64,000 nt of DNA from IMG/VR virus record IMGVR_UViG_3300022562_001344, positions 1 through 64,000 of that record, one strand, 5' to 3'. A program made the position numbers and the translations under genes. The DNA comes from a virus. How positions within the stretch are numbered: position 1 is the stretch's first letter; each line of letters starts with the position of its first letter. Positions 26,315 to 36,062 of the stretch are shown here, piece by piece. Below the pieces are notes generated by a model that did no database searches, had not been told where the DNA came from, and saw only the letters and a list, made by a program, of their open reading frames with translations.

Positions 26315-27697
26315 GTGGCTAAGCTCGACCTGAAGTACCGACCGTCCCGCTTCTCCCAGGTGCTCGGGAATGAGGGGATCCGGAAGCTGCTTCTGAAGCG
26401 GAGTGTTGACGGGACCCTCGGCGACCAATCCATGATGTTCGGGGGTCCGAAGGGCTGTGGCAAGACGTCCATGGCCCGGATCGTCGCTCGCGCATTGCTG
26501 TGCGCGGACCTGGACGGTGGTGAGCCGTGCGGTGAATGCCAGACATGCCGTGCTGTTCTGAATGATGTGTGCGACGGCGTTGAAGAGCTTGATGCGGCAT
26601 CTCAGGGGACCGTTGACAGGGTTCGGGCCATGGTCCAAGAGGCTGACTATGGGACGATTGACGGGAAGGACCGGCACGTCTATATCATCGACGAGGCCCA
26701 AAGGCTCTCGAAGGCTGCGCAGGACGCCCTCCTGAAGGCTGTGGAGAGCCGCCTCTTCACTGTCATTCTTTGTACGACTGAGCCCCAGAACATCAAGGGA
26801 CCCATTAGGGACAGAGTCGAGGAGTACCCGGTATATCCTCCATCCCAGGAGGAGCTCGTCGGTTATCTCGAGAGGGTCTGTCAGCTCGAGTCTGTGACTG
26901 CTGATCGGGACGCTCTTTCTACGATCGTGGAAATGACCGGTCGGACTCCCAGGTCCTGCCTCCTTGCTGTTGACTCAATCTCCGTTCTCGGAGATGTGAC
27001 CGTTGACTCTGTCAGTGCTCACTTCCGCTTCAACAGTTATATGGCCGTGGACCGGATCCTCGGGAGTTTGGACTCTGACCCTGCCTCTGCTTTTGCCTCC
27101 CTGGATGAGCTCTCCCGCCGAGAGAGCCCGACCTGGATTCGAGATTCGATTGTTCTTGCTATTTCAAGCGGTCTCAGGTCTCAGATCGGGGCTAAGTCCA
27201 CATATCCAGTTAAGACGGGATTCTTTTCGATCCGTGGTCGAGGTTGGCTAGACTTGGCCCGCGACCTGAGTCGAATCGATCGTCCGTCCATGGCGGACGT
27301 AGAAGCGTCTTTGCTTTCCGGGGTTCCGGCATCCCACTTCCCGATCCAAGACCCGGTCCCTCGGGAAGTTCCCCCGCCCCCGCCCCCGCCCCCGCCCCTT
27401 CCCGAGCCCGTGGATGAGCTTAAGCCAGAGCCTAGACCCGAACCGACTCATCCCGCCCCGCCCGCCCCGCCTCCTCCGGAGCCGTCTCCGTCAAAGAAAG
27501 AGATAACGGTGGATGGTGTGACTTTTTCCAAGGCTGAAAGCCTCACCACCTTGGACGGGAAGATATCCTCTCGTAAGGAGGATGAGCCTGTCGGGGAGCG
27601 CGACGAGATTCCGGTAGGGTTGGACGAGAGCCGTGCCCCACTCACAGAAAAGGAATTCGTCTCCAACTTCCTCGGAAAGTTCAGAGCAATCCGTTGA
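26315..27697 (+). CDS. dnaX: DNA polymerase III tau/gamma clamp-loader ATPase
   Basis: KYRPSRF, GPKGCGKTS, PCGECQTC, ELDAAS, IIDEAQ, ALLK; Pro-rich linker; TAGTCT + 5 nt + GTG. Confidence 0.92.
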   Translation: MAKLDLKYRPSRFSQVLGNEGIRKLLLKRSVDGTLGDQSMMFGGPKGCGKTSMARIVARALLCADLDGGEPCGECQTCRAVLNDVCDGVEELDAASQGTVDRVRAMVQEADYGTIDGKDRHVYIIDEAQRLSKAAQDALLKAVESRLFTVILCTTEPQNIKGPIRDRVEEYPVYPPSQEELVGYLERVCQLESVTADRDALSTIVEMTGRTPRSCLLAVDSISVLGDVTVDSVSAHFRFNSYMAVDRILGSLDSDPASAFASLDELSRRESPTWIRDSIVLAISSGLRSQIGAKSTYPVKTGFFSIRGRGWLDLARDLSRIDRPSMADVEASLLSGVPASHFPIQDPVPREVPPPPPPPPPLPEPVDELKPEPRPEPTHPAPPAPPPPEPSPSKKEITVDGVTFSKAESLTTLDGKISSRKEDEPVGERDEIPVGLDESRAPLTEKEFVSNFLGKFRAIR

Positions 27698-28226
27698 ACC
27701 GGCGGGTCTACGCTGGGTCATCGTCGAGCTCTCTCCGACCGGAGAGCGAGAAGGAGACGTGAACACGATCCGAGCGTCTGTCCGGAAGATTCTCCGGGTT
27801 CAAGACCTCCGCGTCTTTGTTCCTGCTGTTTCTCAACAGGTCCGGGACGAGTCCCAGACCTTTTTCTTCATGGACGGGTACGTCTTCGTTGAGTACCGGC
27901 CTGGGATCTCATATCTCTCCTTGAGGGACACTGCGTTCTTTCGGGACGTCCTGTGTAATTCGACCAGAGCACCGAACAAGGAGTCGTCTTACTCCCTTCT
28001 CACTGACGCGGACCTCGACCCGATGCGGAGCGGGATGAACGAGATGAAGTGTGGCTCGTTCGAGATCGGGAACCGCGTCCGTGTCGTTGTAGGTTCCTAC
28101 AAGAATCTCCGCGGCGAGATATCCGTCGTCTACAATGAACAGACTGTCCAGGTTTCCGTGAGCCACCTATCCTCGAAGCGCGTCCTCATCGACTTTCCGA
28201 CAACGTATCTGGTATTGGAGGAATGA
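27633..28226 (+). CDS. nusG: NusG-family transcription elongation factor
   Basis: WVIV, VFVP, FMDGYVFVE (NGN domain); KOW FEIGNRVRVVVGSYKNLRGEI. Confidence 0.85.
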   Translation: MPHSQKRNSSPTSSESSEQSVEPAGLRWVIVELSPTGEREGDVNTIRASVRKILRVQDLRVFVPAVSQQVRDESQTFFFMDGYVFVEYRPGISYLSLRDTAFFRDVLCNSTRAPNKESSYSLLTDADLDPMRSGMNEMKCGSFEIGNRVRVVVGSYKNLRGEISVVYNEQTVQVSVSHLSSKRVLIDFPTTYLVLEE

Positions 28227-29224
28227 CTGTAGGACGGAACGTCCTTGTGGACGGGAACAACCTGATCCACCGGGCTCACGCGGTCTTCGTCAAGGACCGT
28301 GAGCCACACGACGTTCTCGCTTCGCCGTCTGGTTATCCTACTGGTCTGATCTACGGCGTCTTCTCGATGCTGTCGGATTGGGTTTCGGAGATTTCCAATC
28401 CGACCCATATGGCTTTCTTTCTGGACGGACGTCCGGCGAAACGCCTCGCTATCGATCCGACGTACAAAACCAAAGACAAGCAAGACCGACCTGGTTCCGC
28501 GGAGTGCCCTGTAACTCTCTCAGATGGGTTCGTGGCGTCCAACGAGATGGAGGTGGTCGTCCATCTTCTTGGGCTTCTTGGCGTCGATGTCTATCACCAT
28601 CCGAATGAAGAGGCCGACGATCTGATCGCCAGCTACGTTGCTTCGAGGCCCGGTGACATGCACGTCATCGTGTCCTCGGACATCGACTTCTACCAGCTCC
28701 TGGATGGGAACGACAGGGTCGTCCTATTTCGTCCCGGCACCGGCTCGAACCGGTTTTTCGACGCAGAGCGTGCTGAGGAGCACCTACTGAATAGGTTCAA
28801 GGTTCGTGTCCCGCCCGGGAACGTCCGCATGTTCAAGGCCCTGACCGGAGATCCGTCGGATGGGATCACCGGAGTCCCGCGCCTTAGGAAGAAGGTCGCG
28901 GCTCCCCTGTGCCATCTTAAGAGCGTCGATGATCTCTTCGAGACTGGGCTCCCGAACTTCTCGAAGGCGGAGCGGGAAAAGGCCGAGTCCCTGAGGGACC
29001 AGATACGCTTGAATTATGAGCTGGTCGGGCTCAACTCGACCCTCGATCTCTCCGAGGCTCTTCTTCCGCCGAGCCCGGACTTGGCTGCTGCGTCCAGGGT
29101 CCTCAGGGATGATCTCGGCATCACGACTGTGTTTCCGCATGTCTTTGAGTTCGGGAAGTCCCGCGTCAGGACGTCTTCTCCGACGCCCTACGACTTGCTT
29201 CCGGACTTTCTGAAAGACATTTGA
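28223..29224 (+). CDS. 5'-3' exonuclease/flap endonuclease (Pol I N-terminal type)
   Basis: LVDGNNL, EADDLI, SSDIDFYQL, GDPSDGITGV. Confidence 0.92.
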   Translation: MTVGRNVLVDGNNLIHRAHAVFVKDREPHDVLASPSGYPTGLIYGVFSMLSDWVSEISNPTHMAFFLDGRPAKRLAIDPTYKTKDKQDRPGSAECPVTLSDGFVASNEMEVVVHLLGLLGVDVYHHPNEEADDLIASYVASRPGDMHVIVSSDIDFYQLLDGNDRVVLFRPGTGSNRFFDAERAEEHLLNRFKVRVPPGNVRMFKALTGDPSDGITGVPRLRKKVAAPLCHLKSVDDLFETGLPNFSKAEREKAESLRDQIRLNYELVGLNSTLDLSEALLPPSPDLAAASRVLRDDLGITTVFPHVFEFGKSRVRTSSPTPYDLLPDFLKDI

Positions 29225-29279
29225 GGTCTGAGTCCGGTAAAGTATTGCGACAGCTTGGTCCCGTCAGGCGACCCAGTCG

Positions 29280-29335
29280 GATACCGATACCCGATACGCA
29301 GACGCATCTTTGGCCCTTCGGGCCGATACGGATAC
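29280..29335. repeat. Cluster of five GATAC motifs upstream of the tandem sigma-R4 gene
   Basis: GATAC at 29280, 29286, 29293, 29325 and 29331, around a GGCCC-TTC-GGGCC hairpin. Confidence 0.65.
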
Positions 29336-29383
29336 CGGACACTTCCGCGGTCATACGGCCGTTCTCGACTGGGAGCCCAACTG

Positions 29384-30160
29384 ATGTCTCATATCCTGAT
29401 TCAGGACCCTAGTGACCTATCTGCTAGATTCAGCAACAAGGACCGGCTCGGGTACGACGGTGACGGGTCCGACTTCGAAATCGACGCTCTGATCGAGAAG
29501 GAGCTCGCTCCGGAACCGGAGGAGGACCTGATCGCGGATGACCGTCCGGCCTTGGAGTTCGAGGCAATCGAGCGGTATCTTCCGAGAATCCCGTCCCGGG
29601 AGAAGGACCTCATCTCCCTCTACTACCGCGACCGGATGAAGCAAGAGCAGATAGCCAGGCTTTTTGGTATCACTCAGGCCGCCGTCTCCTACAGGCTTCA
29701 CCGGGGTATCCGGCGCATTCAGTTTCTCAGGACGATCCCGGAGCTCGAGCAGGACGTCTTCAGGTTCGAGCTTGGTCCGAAGTTCTCCGGCCAGGATCTC
29801 GAGATTCTGTGGCGCATGTACGAGACGACGTGCCAGTCCGCCATCGCGAAGGAGATGAACCTGACGCAGGGGAGGGTTCGCCATCGCTTCTTCAGGTCTC
29901 TCTCTCGGATCAAGGAGCTCATCGCCGAGGAGGTTCGCGTCCGAGAGGCTCAGATCCGCGAGATGATCAGCCGGGGCCGTCAGTTCTCCAAGGAGGAGTA
30001 CCAGGAAGAGCTCGACAGGACGATCGAAGAGTCGAAGTACGGAAAGTACTGGACCGTCTTCTACGCCATCTCGGACCGTCACTTCAACATTCTGCACGAG
30101 GTCTCCCTCCCTCAGTTCCGGGACCGCGGGGACGCGCAGATTATCTCTTCGGACGCATGA
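29384..30160 (+). CDS. Protein with two tandem sigma70 region-4 HTH domains
   Basis: REKDLISLYY...KQEQIARLFGITQAAVSYRL and QDLEILW...QSAIAKEMNLTQGRVRHR; GGGAG RBS. Confidence 0.75.
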   Translation: MSHILIQDPSDLSARFSNKDRLGYDGDGSDFEIDALIEKELAPEPEEDLIADDRPALEFEAIERYLPRIPSREKDLISLYYRDRMKQEQIARLFGITQAAVSYRLHRGIRRIQFLRTIPELEQDVFRFELGPKFSGQDLEILWRMYETTCQSAIAKEMNLTQGRVRHRFFRSLSRIKELIAEEVRVREAQIREMISRGRQFSKEEYQEELDRTIEESKYGKYWTVFYAISDRHFNILHEVSLPQFRDRGDAQIISSDA

Positions 30161-30192
30161 GGCGTCTGGGCCGTTAATCGGAGGTTGGTGCC

Positions 30193-30633
30193 ATGACGCC
30201 CGCCTCAGTGGCAGAACGCCTCCGTTTGCTGGCCGGTTCCTTGAGCCATCCAGGTGTCTCGGACGTCTCCCCTGCCCTGCGTGAGCTGCGTCGTATTGCC
30301 GCAGAGGTGGACGGTCCGATTTCTCTCAAGCTGATCAGTTCAGAGCCGTACGAAGGCTCGGATCATGACGAGACGTCTTACGTCCAAGAGTGGCAGTTCA
30401 CCCTCTCGGACGGGACGAAGATCAAGACGACGACCACGGTCGGCTGGGGTGAGGAGCCGTTCGATGTCCCTCACGGGACGACGGAGCTGAACGTTTGCGG
30501 ACACCCCCTCACGGTCGAGGAGATCCTTGGGATGGTCATCTCTACCGGCGACGGGCCGACCGAGGATGGTGAGTCGGTCAAGCTGGACGGGGACTGGTGC
30601 TCCCGAATGGGAGAGGTAGGTCATCTCCGATGA
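30193..30633 (+). CDS. Hypothetical, putative virion protein
   Basis: GGAGG RBS; RRIAA motif. Confidence 0.65.
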   Translation: MTPASVAERLRLLAGSLSHPGVSDVSPALRELRRIAAEVDGPISLKLISSEPYEGSDHDETSYVQEWQFTLSDGTKIKTTTTVGWGEEPFDVPHGTTELNVCGHPLTVEEILGMVISTGDGPTEDGESVKLDGDWCSRMGEVGHLR

Positions 30634-31532
30634 GCGTCACTGTCAAAGGCGGTTGCTACGAGTTCAGCAAGGCCTCTGTCGGCGGCCAGTGGTCTTGGAG
30701 CGTCCGTGCGAACAACACGCAGGGCGTCGGCCAGCTCTATGAGGTCATCGACCTTCTGACTCCCTACGGCCCGCTCGTCAACACCCAGATCCCGATCCCT
30801 GGCGACATCGTTCTGGCCATGTCTGACTCCCTCATGGACGTTCAGGGCCAGCTCGCCCCGTTGCTTGCCTTGGTGCAGCCCGCGACGACGTCCTACACCG
30901 TCACCATCACCGAGGGCGACTCGGACCAGGCGGTCGCGACCGTCGACTTTCAGAACGTCGGCGCGTTCGGTTCGTTCATGGCCGTCACGGCGACTCCCGG
31001 CGCCGCTTGGCTGGGCGCTACCCCGGAGTATACGTCCGGCATTGGGAAGAACGAGGCCGGGTCGGTCGCCATCTCCGTCCTTACGTCGACCCTTCTCCAG
31101 TCTGGGTCCCCGTATTCCTCCGTCGTGAACCTCCAGGACAACCGCGACCCGCCGACGGTCATACCGATCACGGTCAACGTCGTTGTCCTTCCGCGGCCCG
31201 TCATTCTCACCAGTCCGTCTACGGTGAGCCTCACCTACGTCATCGCCACGGCGACCCCGGGCGCCTCCCAGCTCTTGACGGTCCAGAACTCCGGCCCTTC
31301 CGGATCCTCTCTGGAGTGGACGGCCGCGAAGGTGAACGGGGCCACGTGGTTCGACTTCACCCCGGCGAGCGGAGGGCCGCTCGCCTCGGGCGCCTCCGAG
31401 GATATCACGGTTTCCGTCGTCTCGACGGAGGTCCCCGCCGTCCCCGGCACGTACACGGAGACGCTCCGCATCTCATCTTCGAACGCGTCGAACAGCCCGG
31501 TCGACGTCACGGTGGTCCTCGTCGTCAGCTGA
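30630..31532 (+). CDS. Ig-like/BACON-type beta-sandwich virion protein
   Basis: T/V/S-rich with two NxG...W.....P modules (VQNSGPSGSSLEWTA...WFDFTPASG). Confidence 0.65.
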   Translation: MSVTVKGGCYEFSKASVGGQWSWSVRANNTQGVGQLYEVIDLLTPYGPLVNTQIPIPGDIVLAMSDSLMDVQGQLAPLLALVQPATTSYTVTITEGDSDQAVATVDFQNVGAFGSFMAVTATPGAAWLGATPEYTSGIGKNEAGSVAISVLTSTLLQSGSPYSSVVNLQDNRDPPTVIPITVNVVVLPRPVILTSPSTVSLTYVIATATPGASQLLTVQNSGPSGSSLEWTAAKVNGATWFDFTPASGGPLASGASEDITVSVVSTEVPAVPGTYTETLRISSSNASNSPVDVTVVLVVS

Positions 31533-31580
31533 ACTGGTCGATAGGCTTGTTGTCAAGTGAGGTTCTGGAGGACCAGGACT

Positions 31581-31853
31581 ATGAGTAACTTCAAGCTCGA
31601 GGACTTCCGGACCTCCTCCAGCTCCATCGACGACTTCCTGAATTCGGACCCGCCCCCGCGGCCCCGTCAGGCGTCCGGCGGGAAGATCAGGGTCTCCAGC
31701 CTGCGACAGATCGTCGGGGCCGGGTTCCAGTTTGTCGCGAGCGACAAACTGGTCCGCATCTCCCAGAAGGACTTCTGGCGACTCGGCGAGGACGAGAACG
31801 GGCCGTTCATCGAGAGGCTCGTCAGCGACGACGAAGGACCTGTGAGGGACTGA
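31581..31853 (+). CDS. Small putative head protein
   Basis: GGAGG RBS; RQAS motif; KDFWRL. Confidence 0.7.
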   Translation: MSNFKLEDFRTSSSSIDDFLNSDPPPRPRQASGGKIRVSSLRQIVGAGFQFVASDKLVRISQKDFWRLGEDENGPFIERLVSDDEGPVRD

Positions 31854-31856
31854 CGC

Positions 31857-32945
31857 ATGGATCTCGACCTCAGGAAAGCGGCCATCAGAGTTGCCACCGG
31901 TGGCCGGGCTTCGGGGCGCATTCGGACCGCGGGCAGGATCGAGTTCGTCCGGGATCAGGGTCCCGTGCGGCGCGACATCCGCGTCAAAGACTTCGAGTGG
32001 AATCCCGAAACCCTCAGGAATCTGACGAAGATCCTCTGGGCCGTGGAGAGGTCGCACGGATACGCCATCTCCGCCCTCAGGCTCTTCTCCAGGATGCCGT
32101 CCTCCCAGTTCAGCCCGGACGGGCTGCTCGGCGGACGCGGGTACATCCAGCAGGTACGGGAGATGCGCTCGAGCCTCTCTCAGGCCGTAGAGACCCTGTC
32201 GGCTTTCACGGACACCATCCACGACGAGATCAACGCCCCTCACTGGGCCGCCGGCGAGGACCCTATCGCGAACGAGATGATGGAGGGAGTCGAAGAGGTC
32301 AAGGCGAACCCGGAGGGGTTTGTCGAGAAGCAGTTCAAGAAAGAAATTCCGGAGGCTGCCGAGGCCATCGGGAATCCCTCCCCGGACGACTACAACCCGT
32401 TCGTCAACGCGGAGGAAGACGAGGATGGGGAAGACGGATCCGACTGGTGGGGTCAATACGGGGAAGACGACGAAGAAGGCCCGCGCCTCTCGGCTACGCG
32501 CCTCGCTGACTCTTCCGTACCTCCCGAGACCCTTCCCGGGCCGCGCGTCATGCACGTTGGCCCCGGTGAGAGTCCCGAGCCGTTCGGCTACTTCACGGAT
32601 CAGGGCGAGGTCCCGTCCGACGACCCGTCCGGCGCCGGTTTCGTCCAGTATGACCGAATCCTGGAGGATGGCTTCGAGGGCGGGGTGACCGGCGACGGGT
32701 CGACCGACGGCGATTCTTCCGTCTTCAAGATGTCCGCGGAGTCCCTCGTAAGGTCTGGGGCCACGTACTCATGGCTCCCTGGCGCGGACAATCAGAAGAT
32801 CATGAACTACTACGAGCCCGGGCTCACGGAGGCCGAGGTCGAGTGGATGCGGGCGCACAGCAACCCGGATCCTCCGCCCGGATCGAACCGCCCGGCGGCC
32901 AGGCCGAGGATGGACCCGCTCTGGGAGTCCCGCATGGAGGGGTGA
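31857..32945 (+). CDS. Acidic putative internal head protein
   Basis: IRVAT and IRTAG motifs; acidic low-complexity C-half. Confidence 0.7.
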   Translation: MDLDLRKAAIRVATGGRASGRIRTAGRIEFVRDQGPVRRDIRVKDFEWNPETLRNLTKILWAVERSHGYAISALRLFSRMPSSQFSPDGLLGGRGYIQQVREMRSSLSQAVETLSAFTDTIHDEINAPHWAAGEDPIANEMMEGVEEVKANPEGFVEKQFKKEIPEAAEAIGNPSPDDYNPFVNAEEDEDGEDGSDWWGQYGEDDEEGPRLSATRLADSSVPPETLPGPRVMHVGPGESPEPFGYFTDQGEVPSDDPSGAGFVQYDRILEDGFEGGVTGDGSTDGDSSVFKMSAESLVRSGATYSWLPGADNQKIMNYYEPGLTEAEVEWMRAHSNPDPPPGSNRPAARPRMDPLWESRMEG

Positions 32946-34102
32946 TGCCTTCGGCTCTCCCGACTGATAACGCGTGGAGCAAGGCCGTCAAGGACTTCGG
33001 CCTCGGCCCATACGACGGAGCCTCGGACGACACGTCCCCGAAGGGGGAGGACGATGAGCGCAAGGAGCCGGCCGGGAAATCCCTCCCCGATGGCGGAGCT
33101 CCGGACGACATGCCCATCGAGTACTATCTCGGTTATCCGCAGGAGGAGGCGATGGGGTGGAAGCACTCGTCCGATTCTCTTCCGGGTGACCTGGATCGCC
33201 CACCTCGCGGAAAGAACCCGGGCTACAACACGAAGGACGACGTCGTCCCGACCGTCGGCCCTCCCCCTCATTCCGTCACCGACGATGACGACGACGGGGA
33301 CCCTGATCATTCGCAGCTCCCGAACGGAAGCCTGCCGGCGGCCCGTTCGGACTACTACGACCGGACCGTGTACGGTTTCGCCCTCGGGGCTACGGTCGAC
33401 CAGATCTGGCCGTCCGAGGACTCCGGGGCCTACGCCGGCGAGGAAAAGGACGCGTCCGACCTCGACGAGGACCGGGAAGAGGGTTCTGGCCTCCCGACCC
33501 CCGCCCGCGACGACCACATGATGGGTGACTTCCTCGAGTCCTTAGGGAACTCGGACCAGGGGTTCGTGTGGGAGGACAGGTCCACGCCGAAGGGTTTCCC
33601 CGCCGAGGACTTCAAGGAGAACGTGGACTATCCGAAGTCGAATGATGACACGCTCGGACGTCTCATGGCCAGTTTTGGCGCTTCTATTGCGTCTCGAAAT
33701 TTGGGTGAACCTATGACTGACCGGACTGCCACGGACCTCAAGCTTGTCACGGACTTGACGAAGGACTTTGTCAAGAAGTTTGGCAAGAAGAACATCGTCC
33801 GCCGGCACGTCCTCGCGTTTCTGCAGGACCGGCAGCTCCCCCAGTACCTTGCGTCGGACATCGTCAGGTGCCTGAAGCATCAGCACAAGGTCGTCATTCC
33901 CGACGTCATGGATACGTTCCCGCTCGGGCACGTCGCGAGCGCCGGTCGGACGAGCCTCGGCTCGGCGTACCGTGACATCGTCCAGCTCCGGATCCGCCAC
34001 TCTGACGACCCGGAGGTCGACCTGGTCATGCGCCGGTGCGCCTCCCGGATCAGCGACGTCCTCGCTACCCTGGACACCCTCGAGGTGGGCGATGCCCAAT
34101 AA
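32945..34102 (+). CDS. Acidic, Pro/Asp-rich putative internal head protein
   Basis: Coupled start; DRTAT and HVAS motifs. Confidence 0.7.
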   Translation: MPSALPTDNAWSKAVKDFGLGPYDGASDDTSPKGEDDERKEPAGKSLPDGGAPDDMPIEYYLGYPQEEAMGWKHSSDSLPGDLDRPPRGKNPGYNTKDDVVPTVGPPPHSVTDDDDDGDPDHSQLPNGSLPAARSDYYDRTVYGFALGATVDQIWPSEDSGAYAGEEKDASDLDEDREEGSGLPTPARDDHMMGDFLESLGNSDQGFVWEDRSTPKGFPAEDFKENVDYPKSNDDTLGRLMASFGASIASRNLGEPMTDRTATDLKLVTDLTKDFVKKFGKKNIVRRHVLAFLQDRQLPQYLASDIVRCLKHQHKVVIPDVMDTFPLGHVASAGRTSLGSAYRDIVQLRIRHSDDPEVDLVMRRCASRISDVLATLDTLEVGDAQ

Positions 34103-36041
34103 GCTCCCCGAGCTCTCCGGCGCCTCCGGTCTCGGAGAGATCGACGACATTCTGCACGACCAAAGCGTCTCCGACCTCTCCTGGCTCGACGTCGACACCG
34201 ACGACTACAGGGCCCACGAGGCCCTGCCGAAGCAGAACCTTGACTGGATCCCGGAGGTCACGAAGGCCCTGATGGAGGACGAACGCGATCCGCGCGTCCC
34301 CATGCGGATCCCCCTTCGACGGAAGACAATCGTCAACTCCAATCCGCTCGAGAGGCCCCAGCTACCCGTCAGGTCCTCCCGCGCCTCCGTGATCAACCGA
34401 ACGGCGGCCTACGTCATGGCTGGCCTGAGGCCCTCCCAGGTCCAGGCCAGGCTCTCCTCCGAGTTTGGTCCTGGGGACCTGAAGTCCTCGCAACAGGACA
34501 TTGAGTCCGTCCTTTCCGAGTCTGGCCTCCTTGGGAACGTCTACATCAACTCCTCGCATTTTCCGAGGTGTGCCCAGACCGGCGCGCATCGGGAGTTCGT
34601 GGCGAAGCACGGAAAGCGTGCCCTCTTCGTCTTGTCGAAGCCGGAGTGCGCCGGCTGCGTCCACAACGCAGGCGGCCGTTGTGCGTCGTTCAAGAAGCTT
34701 GTTGTCGACCAGGTCCCGTACGACGAGAGGACTTACGCCCACTACCTGCCCCAGCTCCAGTCGGAGCGGCGCGCTTCGGCGGACGACGCGCCCCAGGTCT
34801 CGATGTCCGACCTGGCCAGGAAGAGGAGGCTTCAAGCCGCGTTCGGTAGGTCTCCGGCCCCTCCTCGTCCCGATCCGGTGCGGACGATCCAGCACCATGC
34901 GAGGCCTGCGAAGCCGTCCATCACGGAGCAGGACGTCCAAGATTTCTGGAGGCGAAGGTCCTCGGGCTCCTCAGAGCCTATGCCGGGCCCCATCTATCTG
35001 ATGGCGGCCAAGCGCATCATGCTCGGGACGGCGGACGCCCGCTCTCTCGTCGCTTCCTCAGACTCCGAGGTACGCAAGCTCGCCTTCGAGCACGGGATCC
35101 TCGGGCACACCTACCTGGACGGGGACGCTCTTGGCGGGCCCCGGGCTGCTCTCGACCTCATTTCATCTCGCGGCCTCTCCCCGGACTTCGTCCTCCTGCG
35201 GAAGGCGTACTCCGACCCGGCGTCCTCCGACGCCCTTCCGAAGCTCGCCCAGATGACGCAGGTCGCCTCCGTTCGTCCGGAGATCGGGCGGGACGCCTTC
35301 GTTCGTGCGTGCGAGCGGGCTTGCTCCTCCGGACGCATGTCCTCGGAGCAGGCAGGGTCTGCCATCAAGAACGCGAAGGACGGGTCCCCGTGGGCCCGCC
35401 TCGTCGCCCAGGCGAACCTCTATGCGCCCCCGGTCCCGGAGGCCCTCACGGCCGCGTCCTCCGCCCCGCGCGGGAGCTTCTTCCACGGGGACACCTCCGG
35501 TTCTAGGGACTCCAGGATGGAGCCGGGCGAGGTTCGCAGGACCATCGCTCACATGATGAACACGGGCTTGTACGGGAAGGCGCTTAGGAGCGCCATCCTC
35601 GCCCGCTACACGAGGTCCGACCTCGCTCAGGTCCCGGAGGTCGGACGCGCTTTGGCCGCGGATGACGGCGTCCAGGGCTTCTACTTCATCGATCCTTCCG
35701 TCTACCGTGACTATGGTCGGGGGTGCGCGGACGGGTCGAAGCTCTTCCGAAAGCAGGGCGCGGACCGCGTCCTCGCCGGTCCCGCCTGCACCGGATGTAT
35801 GCACCAGACGGCCCCGAGCTGGTGTAACAAATACGCGAAGCAGATCATCCGTCAGATCCCGGAGGCCGAGCGCCGTCAGGCCGCGGAGCGCCGAAGCCTC
35901 CCCCTCGTCCCGGCGAATCAAGCCCCGATCACGAACCCGGTCGAGGAGTACGGCCTGGCTGCCGAGCTCCCGGTTGATCTTCCGAGTCCGAAGTCCAAGG
36001 ACGTCGAGATCGTGATCGCTTCGCCGGAGGTGTCCGGCTAA
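34092..36041 (+). CDS. Putative virion protein with a triplicated module and two Cys clusters
   Basis: ESGLLGNVYI / EHGILGHTYL / DDGVQGFYFI; CAGCVH..C and CTGCMH..C. Confidence 0.75.
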   Translation: MPNKLPELSGASGLGEIDDILHDQSVSDLSWLDVDTDDYRAHEALPKQNLDWIPEVTKALMEDERDPRVPMRIPLRRKTIVNSNPLERPQLPVRSSRASVINRTAAYVMAGLRPSQVQARLSSEFGPGDLKSSQQDIESVLSESGLLGNVYINSSHFPRCAQTGAHREFVAKHGKRALFVLSKPECAGCVHNAGGRCASFKKLVVDQVPYDERTYAHYLPQLQSERRASADDAPQVSMSDLARKRRLQAAFGRSPAPPRPDPVRTIQHHARPAKPSITEQDVQDFWRRRSSGSSEPMPGPIYLMAAKRIMLGTADARSLVASSDSEVRKLAFEHGILGHTYLDGDALGGPRAALDLISSRGLSPDFVLLRKAYSDPASSDALPKLAQMTQVASVRPEIGRDAFVRACERACSSGRMSSEQAGSAIKNAKDGSPWARLVAQANLYAPPVPEALTAASSAPRGSFFHGDTSGSRDSRMEPGEVRRTIAHMMNTGLYGKALRSAILARYTRSDLAQVPEVGRALAADDGVQGFYFIDPSVYRDYGRGCADGSKLFRKQGADRVLAGPACTGCMHQTAPSWCNKYAKQIIRQIPEAERRQAAERRSLPLVPANQAPITNPVEEYGLAAELPVDLPSPKSKDVEIVIASPEVSG

Positions 36042-36062
36042 GACCGAGTAAGGTTTTACCGG

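Noticed and set aside
27361-27500. C-rich repeat or programmed frameshift in dnaX
   Set aside because: It encodes an in-frame proline linker; no AAAAAAG-type slippery site seen
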